This document shows, one piece after another, positions 52,516 through 62,567 of a stretch of DNA of 64,000 nucleotides; the first letter of the stretch is position 1, and each line of letters opens with the position of its first letter. The stretch is taken from positions 12 to 64,011 of the forward strand of contig SCTX01000106.1 of NCBI GenBank assembly GCA_004298385.1. The letters are read 5' to 3'. The DNA is from Betaproteobacteria bacterium. Lineage in GTDB: Bacteria; Pseudomonadota; Gammaproteobacteria; Burkholderiales; SG8-39. Both the position numbers and the translations under genes were made by a program. A model generated the notes under the pieces. That model made no database searches. It was given only the letters and a program-made list of their open reading frames with translations, and was not told the DNA's origin.

Positions 52516-53133
52516 CTACCTGCCTCCTGGAACCGGCAAGCGTGCCATTTCGAAGCGGTCGGTAATGCGGGTATAACCGCCCCTGCCGGCGAGGCGGCCA
52601 ATGGGATTGATCTTGCCTACGTCGACGTGAAACCGCTCGTCGACGATACCTTCGTGGAAATGATAGTAGACGACCTCGCCGATCACCACGTGATAAGGCG
52701 CGCGGCCGAGCTCCAGCCTCTGCAGCAAGCGGCACTCGAACGCGACCGGAGCTTCCGCGATGCGCGGCGGACGCACCTTTTTCGACGCCAGCGCGGTGAA
52801 GCCCGCCTCGGCGATTTCGTTCACGCCGCGCGGGTAGTCGATCGCGCATACATTCATCTTCTCCTTGATCGCATCGCTCACGATGTGCACCACGAATTCC
52901 GGGATCTCGAGGATGTTCGCGATGGTGTCCTTGGCGCCGCCTTCCCTCGCGCCGACCGAGAACATGAGCATTGCCGGGTCGGTGCCGACCCCGTTGAAAA
53001 AGCTGAACGGCGCGGCGTTCGGCCCGCGGCTGCCGAGCGTGGTCACCAGCGCGATCGGCCGCGGCGTCACGCTCCCGATCAGCAACTTGTACTGCAATTG
53101 CCAGTCGAGCGTGGCGGCGTCGAATTCGGTCAT
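52516..53133 (-). CDS. Flavin reductase-like FMN-binding protein
   Basis: PRPIALVTT..NAAPFSFFN, KDT..NI...EFVV, GRLAG..Y. Confidence 0.88.
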   Translation of the reverse strand: MTEFDAATLDWQLQYKLLIGSVTPRPIALVTTLGSRGPNAAPFSFFNGVGTDPAMLMFSVGAREGGAKDTIANILEIPEFVVHIVSDAIKEKMNVCAIDYPRGVNEIAEAGFTALASKKVRPPRIAEAPVAFECRLLQRLELGRAPYHVVIGEVVYYHFHEGIVDERFHVDVGKINPIGRLAGRGGYTRITDRFEMARLPVPGGR

Positions 53134-53352
53134 GTTGTTCCTTTGCAGAATAAGATGGTTTCGGTCGATCACGGGGTAATGGTGATTTTCCATGGCCAAT
53201 CTATCCCTATCCGGGCAAAGACGCAACGCTGCGCCGGCATTAGCCCCCGGTAAGATAGGGCGGAACGCCAACCGCACGTGAACGAACCTCTTTGCCCGCC
53301 GCCTGGACCGCTTCTAATCTATAATCACCGGTCCCATCCATCGGGGGCTTCC

Positions 53353-54738
53353 ATGAATCAGCCGCGCGAACTCGACGCCAGCCTCGTCAACGAACTCAAG
53401 GTCCTGCTGGGCGAACGCGCCACCATCGCCCGCGGAATCTGCGATCAACACGGCAAGGACGAGTCCTACTTTCCGCATGCGCCCCCCGATGCCGTGGTGT
53501 TTCCCCAGACCACCGAGGAAGTGCGCGATATCGTCAACGTCTGCCGCCGCCACCAGGTTCCGATGATTCCCTACGGCGTCGGCACTTCGCTCGAAGGCCA
53601 CATCCTGGCGGTGAAGGGCGGCGTGTGCATAGATCTGAGCCAGATGAACAAGGTGCTCGCGGTGCACGAAGCCGATCTCGACGCGGTGGTGCAGGCCGGC
53701 GTCACACGCAAGCAATTGAACGAGCACATCCGCCACACCGGGCTGTTCTTTCCCGTCGACCCGGGCGCCGATGCGACCATCGGCGGCATGAGCGCCACGC
53801 GCGCCTCCGGCACCAACGCGGTGCGCTACGGCACCATGCGCGAGAACGTGATTTCGCTCACCGTGGTGCTCGCCGACGGCCGCATCATCAGGACTGCGCG
53901 GCGGGCGAAGAAATCCGCGGCGGGCTACGATCTGACGCGGCTGTTCGTCGGTTCGGAAGGCACGCTAGGCGTCATCACGGAGATCACGGTGAAACTGTAT
54001 GCGGTGCAGGAAGCCATGTCCGCCGCGGTGTGCGCATTCGATTCCATCGAAGGTTGCACCAAGACCGTGATCCAGACCATCCAGGCGGGCGTGCCGGTGG
54101 CGCGCTGCGAGATCGTCGACGCGACCGCGATCGGCTGCATCAACAAATACAGCAAGACCGACTACCGCGTCGCCCCGACCCTGTTCTTCGAATTCCACGG
54201 CACCGAGGCGAGCGTGATCGAGCAGGCCGAGGCGGTGCAGGCCATCGCCAGGGAGAACGGCGGCAAGGATTTCCAGTGGGCGACCAAGGCCGAGGACCGC
54301 ACCAGGCTATGGGAAGCGCGCCACAATGCCTACTATGCCGGCTTGCAGCTTCGCCCCGGCTGCCGTGCGATTTCTACCGACGTGTGCGTGCCGATCTCCC
54401 GCCTGGCCGAGTGCGTGTCCGAGACCATGAAAGACGTGGCGAACTATCTGTGCCCGGTGCCGCTGCTCGGCCACGTGGGCGACGGCAATTTTCACCTGGC
54501 GTTTCTGGTCGACCCGGCCAAGCCGGAAGAGTTGGAACTCGCCAAGTCGTTCAACCAGCGGCTGGTCGAGCGCGCGCTCGCCATGGAAGGCACCTGCACC
54601 GGAGAGCACGGCATCGGCATGGGCAAGCAGATCTGGCTGAAACAGGAATTGGGCGAAGCCGTCGACGTGATGCGCGACATCAAGCACCTGTTCGACCCCG
54701 GCAACCTGATGAATCCGGGGAAGATGGTGCCGCTATAG
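53353..54738 (+). CDS. FAD-linked oxidase, D-lactate dehydrogenase/GlcD family
   Basis: GTSLEGH, DPGADATIGG, GSEGTLG, GHVGDGNFH, TGEHGIG, NPGK. Confidence 0.9.
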   Translation: MNQPRELDASLVNELKVLLGERATIARGICDQHGKDESYFPHAPPDAVVFPQTTEEVRDIVNVCRRHQVPMIPYGVGTSLEGHILAVKGGVCIDLSQMNKVLAVHEADLDAVVQAGVTRKQLNEHIRHTGLFFPVDPGADATIGGMSATRASGTNAVRYGTMRENVISLTVVLADGRIIRTARRAKKSAAGYDLTRLFVGSEGTLGVITEITVKLYAVQEAMSAAVCAFDSIEGCTKTVIQTIQAGVPVARCEIVDATAIGCINKYSKTDYRVAPTLFFEFHGTEASVIEQAEAVQAIARENGGKDFQWATKAEDRTRLWEARHNAYYAGLQLRPGCRAISTDVCVPISRLAECVSETMKDVANYLCPVPLLGHVGDGNFHLAFLVDPAKPEELELAKSFNQRLVERALAMEGTCTGEHGIGMGKQIWLKQELGEAVDVMRDIKHLFDPGNLMNPGKMVPL

Positions 54739-54795
54739 GCGTGTCGTCAATGCGGCCACGCCGCTGATTCGATCGATTATTGACTACCCGGAAAG

Positions 54796-55212
54796 CTATG
54801 CGACCAACCTGAAACCGGCAACCGCGAAGTGGTGATCGAACGCGAACGCGAACCGGATGCGCGCGCGCTTCATGATGGTGAAGCTGGTCGCGTCCACGGC
54901 AGACAGCTTGTGCAGATCCGGGCGCCGAAAATACTCCCAGGAATGCTCCAGATCGCGCAACTCGCAGGGAAGGATCTTGACGGTTCCAGGCTTGTAGATC
55001 CAACCCTTCCACGTCAAGGCCACGTCCAGGTTGGCATTGCGCTCAAGAAAGGTGAATGTCTCAATCAACACGGGAATGGAGGTGTGAAGCTTCGCACCGG
55101 CACCCTGCAGAATTTCCCACTGCTCCCGCGCTTGCACGTGCAGAGGATCCCGCGTAAGCGCAAGCGCGATCCACGCTCCGCTGTCGACGAAAGCGGCCTC
55201 CCGCTGCCGCAT
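54796..55212 (-). CDS. vapC: VapC-like PIN-domain toxin
   Basis: FVDSGAWIA, LS.VDATSF, AFDHHF..AGF. Confidence 0.88.
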   Translation of the reverse strand: MRQREAAFVDSGAWIALALTRDPLHVQAREQWEILQGAGAKLHTSIPVLIETFTFLERNANLDVALTWKGWIYKPGTVKILPCELRDLEHSWEYFRRPDLHKLSAVDATSFTIMKRARIRFAFAFDHHFAVAGFRLVA

Positions 55213-55421
55213 CAGGGCTCGTCGTGAACGGTGTCGTGCTCCACTGACAGGCGCTTGGGCTCGCCGTCCCAGATTGCGACCGGACCCGCAGCCTGCGGCT
55301 TGAGCACAACCTTGCGAACAGCGTCCCGAACCAGCTCCGCGACGCTCCGTCCCGATCGGGCCGCGGCTTTGCGCAGCGCGGCAAGTTCCTCCTTGCGCAG
55401 GTACACCTGGGTCTTTTCCAT
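55212..55421 (-). CDS. vapB: CopG/RHH antitoxin (VapB-like)
   Basis: MEKTQVYL...L..L...A...GRSVAELVRDAV; TGATG overlap with the toxin. Confidence 0.82.
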   Translation of the reverse strand: MEKTQVYLRKEELAALRKAAARSGRSVAELVRDAVRKVVLKPQAAGPVAIWDGEPKRLSVEHDTVHDEP

Positions 55422-55457
55422 ATGTGTCAATTTAGTCCTTAAAGTGACATATGTCAA
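55422..55457 (-). promoter_or_regulatory. vapBC promoter with palindromic operator
   Basis: Minus strand: TTGACA (55457-55452), 17 nt, TAAATT (55434-55429), 7 nt, ATG; perfect palindrome TGACATATGTCA at 55445-55456. Confidence 0.7.
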
Positions 55458-55525
55458 ACCCGCAAAGGAAAAACGAGTAGCGTGCTGTTTACGACCCGCG
55501 CCACGCCCTGCCCGGGCGTTGCGCT

Positions 55526-56071
55526 CTACACTTTCAAAAAGTGCTCGCGGTAGTACTTAAGTTCCTCGATCGACTCCTGGATGTCGGCCAGCGCTTCGTG
55601 CTTGCCATGCTTCACCATTCCCTTGGCGAGTTCCGGCTTCCAGCGTTTCACCAACTCCTTGAGCGTGCTGACATCGAGATTGCGGTAGTGGAAATGGGCT
55701 TCCAGCCGGGGCATGTAGCGCGCGAGGAAGCGCCGATCCTGGCAGATCGAGTTGCCGCACATCGGTGAAGTACGCACGGGCACGTGCTGCAGCAGGAAAT
55801 CGAGGAACTTCTGCTCGGCTTCGGCCTCTATTACAGTGGACGCCTTGACCTTGGCGATCAGGCCGGAGCGGGCGTGTGCGGACTTGTTCCAATCGTCCAT
55901 CGCCTCGAGCACGCTGTCCGGCTGATGCAGGACCAGCACCGGCGCCTCGGCGACGGTATTCAATTGCGAGTCGGTGACCACCATGGCGACTTCGATGATC
56001 CGGTCGCGGTCGGGATCCAGGCCGGTCATTTCCATGTCCAACCACACGAGACTATTCTGATCTTGAGGCAT
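55526..56071 (-). CDS. orn: Oligoribonuclease
   Basis: [36 protein letters not shown]. Confidence 0.96.
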   Translation of the reverse strand: MPQDQNSLVWLDMEMTGLDPDRDRIIEVAMVVTDSQLNTVAEAPVLVLHQPDSVLEAMDDWNKSAHARSGLIAKVKASTVIEAEAEQKFLDFLLQHVPVRTSPMCGNSICQDRRFLARYMPRLEAHFHYRNLDVSTLKELVKRWKPELAKGMVKHGKHEALADIQESIEELKYYREHFLKV

Positions 56072-56131
56072 GGCTCGGATTTCTTCCGCGTCGATTGATT
56101 GAAGGGCGTTATTGTGTCATATTTCAGCCAG

Positions 56132-57400
56132 ATGCAGACCTTCACCGCCGTTTTTCTTGCAGCGCTCGCGCTTACCGTGGGCCTGCGCCTGTGGCTGGCC
56201 TGGCGTCACATCCGCCACATCGCACGCTGCCGCGACGACGTGCCGGCGGATTTCTCGCTGCATATCGGCCTGGCCGCGCACCAGAAGGCAGCCGATTACA
56301 GCGGCGCCAGGACGCGGTTCGGCATGGTCGAAATGCTCATCGGTGCGGTGCTGCTGCTCGCGCTCACCCTGGGCGGCGCGCTGCAGGCGCTGCACGACGC
56401 CTGGCTCGGCGTGTTCGGCGCCGGCGGCTACGCGCAGGGCATCGCGCTCATAGTCAGCGTCGCCTTGATTTCCGGCCTGGTCGACCTGCCGCTGTCGCTA
56501 TACCGGACCTTCGTCATCGAAACGCGCTTCGGCTTCAACAAAATGACGCTACGTCTGTTCTTCGCCGATCTCGTCAAGCAGACCTTGATCGGCGCGGCAC
56601 TGGGCCTGCCGCTGCTCGCGTGCGTGCTCTGGCTGATGCAAGGCATGGGCGAGCAATGGTGGCTGTACGTCTGGATCACCTGGATCGCGTTCAATCTGCT
56701 GGTGCTCACCCTCTACCCGACACTGATCGCGCCGCTGTTCAACAAGTTCACGCCGCTCGCGGATGCCGGCCTCAAAAACCGGATCGAGGCGCTGCTTGCC
56801 AAATGCGGTTTCAAGGCGCAAGGCCTCTACATGATGGACAGCTCCAGGCGCTCCAGCCACGGCAATGCCTATTTCACCGGTTTCGGCGCGGCCAAGCGCA
56901 TCGTGCTGTTCGACACCCTGATCGCGCGCCTCGCGCCGGCGGAAATCGAGGCGGTGCTGGCGCATGAGCTGGGGCACTTCCGCCACCATCACGTGTGGAA
57001 ACGCATGGCCGCGCTATTCGCGTTGAGCCTCGGTTTCCTCTGGCTGCTCGGTTACGCGATGAAACAGGACTGGTTCTACGCCGGCCTCAATGTCCAGGCG
57101 CAGTCGACCGCGCTCGCGTTGGTGCTGTTCTTCCTGGTGGTGCCGGTGTTCACCTTTCCCCTGCACCCGCTCACCAGCCTGTATTCGCGTATGCACGAGT
57201 ACCAAGCCGACGCCTATGCCGCCCGGCACACGGCGCCGGCCGACCTGATCCATGCGCTGGTGAAGCTGTACCAGGACAACGCCGCCACGCTCACACCCGA
57301 TCCGCTGTACTCGGCCTTCTACGATTCGCATCCGCCGGCGCTGCTGCGCATTGCCCGGCTGCAGGGCGCGGGGGCGCAAGTGCAGGCGCAGCCTGCATGA
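56132..57400 (+). CDS. Ste24/M48 membrane zinc metallopeptidase
   Basis: NAYFTGFG..KRIVLFDTL, HELGH, YDSHP. Confidence 0.92.
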   Translation: MQTFTAVFLAALALTVGLRLWLAWRHIRHIARCRDDVPADFSLHIGLAAHQKAADYSGARTRFGMVEMLIGAVLLLALTLGGALQALHDAWLGVFGAGGYAQGIALIVSVALISGLVDLPLSLYRTFVIETRFGFNKMTLRLFFADLVKQTLIGAALGLPLLACVLWLMQGMGEQWWLYVWITWIAFNLLVLTLYPTLIAPLFNKFTPLADAGLKNRIEALLAKCGFKAQGLYMMDSSRRSSHGNAYFTGFGAAKRIVLFDTLIARLAPAEIEAVLAHELGHFRHHHVWKRMAALFALSLGFLWLLGYAMKQDWFYAGLNVQAQSTALALVLFFLVVPVFTFPLHPLTSLYSRMHEYQADAYAARHTAPADLIHALVKLYQDNAATLTPDPLYSAFYDSHPPALLRIARLQGAGAQVQAQPA

Positions 57401-57410
57401 AAGGCGGCAC

Positions 57411-57740
57411 ATGAGCAAACTCTCGGAAAGAATGTCCAAACCGCAACCGGCCGGAACGCCGCCGCTAGCGCAGGCGAAGATCGACGAATACCTGAAGCAG
57501 GTGCCGGGTTGGGAGCATCGGGACGGCGCGATCCGCAAGACCTACTCGTTCAAGAATTATTACGAAACGGTGGCGTTCGTGAACATGGTGGCCTGGATCG
57601 CTCACCGCGAGGATCATCATCCGGAAATGCTCATGGGCTACAACAAGTGCCAGGTCGCCTGGAACACCCACTCCGTGGGCGGCATCTCGATGAATGATTT
57701 CATCTGCGCGGCGAAGATCGAATCCCTTTGCCTGATCTGA
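57411..57740 (+). CDS. phhB: Pterin-4-alpha-carbinolamine dehydratase
   Basis: EDHHPE, THSVGG.S.NDFICAAKI. Confidence 0.88.
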   Translation: MSKLSERMSKPQPAGTPPLAQAKIDEYLKQVPGWEHRDGAIRKTYSFKNYYETVAFVNMVAWIAHREDHHPEMLMGYNKCQVAWNTHSVGGISMNDFICAAKIESLCLI

Positions 57741-57751
57741 AGGACGACCGG

Positions 57752-58624
57752 ATGCTCGCCGGCCAGGTGATCGCAGCCTACGGCCGGCACTACCTGGTTG
57801 AAACCGGCGACGGCCGCCAATACGCCTGCTTTCCGCGCGGCAAGAAAAGCACGGTCGCGTGCGCAGATCGAGTGATGTTCGTCCGAACCGCGGACCAGCA
57901 GGGCGTGATCGAGGCAGTGGAGCCGCGCTCCACCCTGTTCTCCCGCTCCGCTGCACACCGGCAAAAACTGATCGCCGCCAACGTCTCCCAGCTCGCCATC
58001 GTCGTCGCCGCCGAGCCCAGCTTCAGCGAGGAATTGATCAACCGCTGCCTCGTGGCCGCCGAGTATCAGAACATGCACGCCCTCATCCTGCTCAACAAGT
58101 GCGACCTGAAGCAAGCCGCGATGGCGGCACTGGCGCGGCTCGAACCCTACGCCCAGGCCGGTTATCGCGTGGTCCAGTTGTCGGCGCTGGAAGGCGCGGA
58201 GGCGCTGCGCCCACTGCTCACAGGCCAGTCTACCGTGCTGGTCGGGCAGTCCGGCATGGGCAAGTCCACCATCATCAACGCACTGTTGCCGGATGCGCGC
58301 GTCGCCACCAGGGAAATCTCCGCTTTTCTCGCTTCCGGCCGCCACACCACGACCCAGGCGCGGTTGCACCGCCTGGACACCGCCAGCACCCTGATCGATT
58401 GCCCCGGCCTACAGGAGTTCGGCCTGCATCACCTGTTGCCGCAAGACATCGAAGCCGGTTTCGTCGAGTTCCGGCGTTTTCTGGGGCAATGCCGCTTTCA
58501 AAACTGCCGCCACCTGAGCGAGCCGAGTTGCGCCCTGGCGCAGGCCGCCGCGGAAGGCGTCATCCACCCGCGGCGCCTGGACATGTTCCGCCGCATCAGC
58601 CGTGCTGAAACCGGCCAAAAGTAA
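57752..58624 (+). CDS. rsgA: Ribosome small subunit-dependent GTPase A
   Basis: NKCD, GQSGMGKS, GRHTT, DCPG, CRF.NC.H..EP.C. Confidence 0.93.
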   Translation: MLAGQVIAAYGRHYLVETGDGRQYACFPRGKKSTVACADRVMFVRTADQQGVIEAVEPRSTLFSRSAAHRQKLIAANVSQLAIVVAAEPSFSEELINRCLVAAEYQNMHALILLNKCDLKQAAMAALARLEPYAQAGYRVVQLSALEGAEALRPLLTGQSTVLVGQSGMGKSTIINALLPDARVATREISAFLASGRHTTTQARLHRLDTASTLIDCPGLQEFGLHHLLPQDIEAGFVEFRRFLGQCRFQNCRHLSEPSCALAQAAAEGVIHPRRLDMFRRISRAETGQK

Positions 58625-58626
58625 TC

Positions 58627-58941
58627 ATGCAGCCGCTGTACAGCTCGCTTAACCTGCTCGAGATCCATCACCTGAAGAACCTGCTCGAGGCCGAGGGCAT
58701 CCGCTGCCAGCTCAAGAACGAGTTGCTCAGCCGGCTTGCCGGAGAAATTCCGTTCACCGAATGCGCGCCCCAATTGTGGCTGCTGGACGAGCGCGATCTG
58801 GAGCGGGCCAGGCGGGTCGTGAGCGATTTCGGCCGAGGCGCAGTTGCCGGGCCGCAGTGGCAGTGCCCAAGCTGTGGCGAGGCGCTGGAAGGCCAATTCA
58901 GCGCCTGCTGGCATTGCGGCGCACTGCGGCCGCAATGCTGA
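58627..58941 (+). CDS. DUF2007-like protein with C-terminal zinc ribbon
   Basis: LLEAEGI; WQCPSCGE...QFSACWHCG. Confidence 0.75.
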   Translation: MQPLYSSLNLLEIHHLKNLLEAEGIRCQLKNELLSRLAGEIPFTECAPQLWLLDERDLERARRVVSDFGRGAVAGPQWQCPSCGEALEGQFSACWHCGALRPQC

Positions 58942-58992
58942 TAAGTATGCGTCAGCGGCGGTGACGCGGACATCGCGTCCTCGCCCGCGTCG

Positions 58993-59916
58993 CTAGCTGA
59001 GTGCCCTCGCAATAGCCAGCAGCAACAATATGAACAGGATCACGACCAGCGCGCGCCATACCAAACCGATGGTGCTGTCGAGAAAACCGACGTCGGCCGC
59101 GTCGCCCAAGCCCAGTTCCGGCCGGTCGACGGGACTCAGCTCGGAAAGAAATGGCATGCCCAGGCGCACGCCCATGGCGCCGGCGCCGCTGGCGAGCACG
59201 ACACCGAGCGAGGGGTCGGGCCATTTCGCCGCCTGCATGCGCCAGCAGTAGGCTGCATCCTCGAAATCGCCGACGACGGCAAAGGCAATGCCGGTCAGCC
59301 GCGCCGGTACCCAATCAAGCAGCCTGAACACCTGGGCGGCGAAACTGCCGAACGCCGCCAGTCCGGCATCGCCGCCATCGGCCCAGCGACGCTGCAAGAA
59401 CGCCGACAGCCGGTAGAGTATTGCCCCGCTCGGTCCAGGCAGCACCACGAACCAGAACACCACCGCGAACACGTGCCGATACGAGGCCACGAGCGCCTCT
59501 TCGATGCTAAGGCGGACCACCTCTTCGAGGCTCAGCCGCGCGCAGCTCGCGCCGCGCCATTGGCCGAGGAGCGCGCGCGCCTGGTCCAGGTCGCCGCTCT
59601 TAAGCGCCCAATGAATGTCGGTAAAATAGTGGCCCACCTGGCGGAAACCCATGGTCATGTACAGTATGAGCACGTTGAAAGCCAGGGCCAGTAGCCAAGA
59701 CAGGTGATAAAGAAGGTAATGTGCGCCGATCGCCAGCAGCGTCGCCGGTACCACGCCCAGCGCCCACGCGATCATTCCATGCGCGCGCTCGCCCGCATTG
59801 AAATGATGCAGCAGGAAGTCGGCAAATCGCGCGGCCGGGGATGCCAGGTACTTGCGCTCGGCCAGCGGCCGCCACTGCTCGAGCAGCAAGGCGATGATCA
59901 GCGAGATAAGACTCAT
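58993..59916 (-). CDS. CobD/CbiB-family membrane protein
   Basis: ALLLEQ, LDWVPARL, GAMGVRLG. Confidence 0.8.
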   Translation of the reverse strand: MSLISLIIALLLEQWRPLAERKYLASPAARFADFLLHHFNAGERAHGMIAWALGVVPATLLAIGAHYLLYHLSWLLALAFNVLILYMTMGFRQVGHYFTDIHWALKSGDLDQARALLGQWRGASCARLSLEEVVRLSIEEALVASYRHVFAVVFWFVVLPGPSGAILYRLSAFLQRRWADGGDAGLAAFGSFAAQVFRLLDWVPARLTGIAFAVVGDFEDAAYCWRMQAAKWPDPSLGVVLASGAGAMGVRLGMPFLSELSPVDRPELGLGDAADVGFLDSTIGLVWRALVVILFILLLLAIARALS

Positions 59917-60029
59917 TGGGGAAGCGGGATTCTTAAGCGGCGGCGCAGAACAGCCATCACGATATTATACGCACTCCGCCGGGTCGGACGCATGACCAGA
60001 CACGCAGGCATCGGCAAACGATTGCCGAG

Positions 60030-60665
60030 CTACGACCCAGTCAGAAACGCGTAGAGGTTCATCAGCATCCCCGCCGTTGCGCCCCAGATATAGCGACGTT
60101 CAAAAGGCATGGCGTAGTAATGCCGGGTGCGGCCCTGATACTGCATGCTGTTGCGCTGATGGTTGACGGGATCGAGAAAAAACGTCAACGGCACCTCGAA
60201 TGCCTCCGCCACCTCGAATGCGTCCAGGCTCAAGATCGGCGGTGAGCTCACCAACCCGACCACCGGGGTGACGTGGTAGCCGCTGACCGTGGTGTACTCG
60301 GGCAGCAAACCCAGCACTTCGACATGGGAGTGCGGCAGGCCGATTTCCTCGAACGTTTCGCGCAAGGCTGTCGCTGCGGGGGATTCATCGTGGACTTCGC
60401 TGCGCCCCCCCGGAAAGCTGATCTGGCCGGCATGGTCGTACAGGTGGTCGGTACGCTGGGTAAGCAGGATGGTAAGCCCGGTCTCGCGCCTCACCACCGG
60501 CACCAGCACCGCCGCGGGCCGCAGCTCCTCGGTCTGGCGCCACAACTGACCGTCCCCGGTGGCGATGGGCGTCATCGCGCAGCCGGCCGCGAAGCGCCGG
60601 CGCAGCCAGGCTTCGGCGGCGGGGCCGCTCATTTCCCTCCAGTCGGTTGCGTCTGAGGACATCAT
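60030..60665 (-). CDS. Nudix CoA pyrophosphatase
   Basis: AAVLVP, HAGQISFPGG, ALRETFEEIG, IWGATAGML. Confidence 0.9.
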   Translation of the reverse strand: MMSSDATDWREMSGPAAEAWLRRRFAAGCAMTPIATGDGQLWRQTEELRPAAVLVPVVRRETGLTILLTQRTDHLYDHAGQISFPGGRSEVHDESPAATALRETFEEIGLPHSHVEVLGLLPEYTTVSGYHVTPVVGLVSSPPILSLDAFEVAEAFEVPLTFFLDPVNHQRNSMQYQGRTRHYYAMPFERRYIWGATAGMLMNLYAFLTGS

Positions 60666-60668
60666 TTC

Positions 60669-61643
60669 TCAGGGAACGAGCAAGGTCGATCCGCTGGTCT
60701 TGCGCGCTTCCAGGTCACGGTGCGCCTGCATCGCGTCCTTGAGCGCATAGCGCTGCCGCACCTCGATTTTCACCTTGCCCGACAGGACGATGTCGAACAG
60801 ATCCTTAGCCGTGGCCGTCAGGTCTTCGCGCTTCGCCGTGTAGTGCATCAGGCCCGGCCGAGTGAAAAATAGCGAACCGCGCGAAGCGAGCATGCTCGAG
60901 TCGAACAGCGGGATCGGACCCGAGGCGTTGCCGAAGCTCACCATCATGCCCATCGGGCGCAGGCAGTCGAGCGACCCGACGAAGGTGTCCTTGCCGATCG
61001 AGTCATACACCACCGGCAACAGAGCGCCTCCGGTGATCTCCTTCACCCGCTGGGCAAAATTCTCGCGCGTGTATACGATGGCGTGGTCGCAGCCGTGAGA
61101 CTTCGCCAGCGCCGCCTTCTCGTCCGAGCCGACGGTGCCGATCACGGTCGCGCCCAGCGCCTTCGCCCATTGACAGACAATCAGGCCCACACCGCCCGCC
61201 GCAGCGTGGATGAGGATGGTGTCGCCGGGTTGGACCTTGTAGGTGCGCTTGAGCAGATACTGTGTGGTCATGCCCTGCAGCATCATCGCCGCGCCCTGGT
61301 CGAAGGAAATCCAATCGGGCAGATTCACCAGGCGGTCGACGGCCATGATGCGCACTTCCGCATAGGCGCCGACCGGGCCGGAAGCGTAGGCCACACGGTC
61401 GCCCTTCTTGACGTTGGTCACGCTCGGCCCCACCGCTTCGACCACGCCGGCGGCTTCCATGCCGATGCCGCTCGGCAACTGCAGCGGATACAGGCCGGAG
61501 CGGTGGTAGACGTCGATGTAGTTCAAGCCGCAGGCATTGTGGCGCACGCGCGCCTGCCCCGGTCCGGGCTCGCCTACCTCGACGTCCTCCCACGCCATGA
61601 CTTCGGGACCGCCTTGTTGATGCAATCGGATCGCTTTTGACAT
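60669..61643 (-). CDS. qor: NADPH:quinone oxidoreductase
   Basis: GLNYIDVY.RSG, HAAAGGVG, FGNASG. Confidence 0.9.
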   Translation of the reverse strand: MSKAIRLHQQGGPEVMAWEDVEVGEPGPGQARVRHNACGLNYIDVYHRSGLYPLQLPSGIGMEAAGVVEAVGPSVTNVKKGDRVAYASGPVGAYAEVRIMAVDRLVNLPDWISFDQGAAMMLQGMTTQYLLKRTYKVQPGDTILIHAAAGGVGLIVCQWAKALGATVIGTVGSDEKAALAKSHGCDHAIVYTRENFAQRVKEITGGALLPVVYDSIGKDTFVGSLDCLRPMGMMVSFGNASGPIPLFDSSMLASRGSLFFTRPGLMHYTAKREDLTATAKDLFDIVLSGKVKIEVRQRYALKDAMQAHRDLEARKTSGSTLLVP

Positions 61644-61789
61644 CTTCTGTTCCCAACAAGAAGATTGAACCATGGAAAATCAGAGATGGGTCGCGCAAAG
61701 CCCACTGCGGTCGAACCCCAACGGAGCGGCATATTACAACAGAAAATCCGCCGCGATCGAATGAGACCCGCGGCGCGGGTCCGTTCCCG

Positions 61790-62185
61790 CTATTTTGGCT
61801 TCGCCTTGGCCGGCGTCTCATCCGCGGGCTTTGCCTCGGCCGGCTTGGCCGCGGCGGCACTCGCGGCCGCGGCCTGCATCATGGTCCACCAGGCGCTAGG
61901 ATCCGGGAACGGAATCTTGGCCGATTGCCCGCCGGCGTCTGCCGGCCCGGATTGCATGGCCGTCATCGCGGCCAGCGTGTTCTTCTGCATCTCCAGTCCC
62001 TGGATCGACAGGCGCAGCATGTTGAGATTGAGATTGAGCCAGCTCTCCACCGATTTCAAGTCGGTGATCTTTTTTTCCACGGCGTCTAGGTCGAGCGTGG
62101 GCGCGACCATCCCCGGCATGGGCAATCCCATGGGGTTCCACAGCTTTTTCATGAATTCGAACGGATCAGGCAGCGGATCGGACAT
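61790..62185 (-). CDS. PhaM-like PHA-granule-associated protein
   Basis: PTLDL..VEKKI.DLKSVE.WL.LN..ML..SIQGLE.Q; Ala/Lys/Pro-rich tail. Confidence 0.7.
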   Translation of the reverse strand: MSDPLPDPFEFMKKLWNPMGLPMPGMVAPTLDLDAVEKKITDLKSVESWLNLNLNMLRLSIQGLEMQKNTLAAMTAMQSGPADAGGQSAKIPFPDPSAWWTMMQAAAASAAAAKPAEAKPADETPAKAKPK

Positions 62186-62286
62186 GGCGGCACCTCGATA
62201 CGCGATGGAGAGTTACAAGTTTAGTCCAAAGCCGGACAAGCCGGAAGCGAACTTGCGCGCCGCGCGCGGTTATGGATGAAAACAAT

Positions 62287-62560
62287 GACAGCGCAGGGTC
62301 TTATCCAAGATCGTCGATTGCGCGCGGATATGCTTTTCATCCGTGCGCAAGCGACGATCCGCGCGGACGGTTTTTCGTCCGCGCAGGTTTCGCCAAAACC
62401 CGCGCGCTGCGCGCGCCAACCGAGTTTTCTGGACGGATGAAAAGCACATCCGTCCAGAAAACTCGGTTATCGATAAAAGCAAGGACAGTGCGGGGGTTTC
62501 ATACAAGATCGCCGATTGCGCGCGGACGGTTCTTCGTCCACGCAACAAGCGCAAAACCGC
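62287..62560. repeat. Modular REP/BIME-like palindromic repeat, copy 2 (includes an internally deleted duplicate)
   Basis: 62301-62385 is the reverse complement of ~8615-8699; 62404-62470 matches 8731-8798; 62485-62560 is a shortened direct repeat of 62287-62402. Confidence 0.8.
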
Positions 62561-62567
62561 ACATAGT

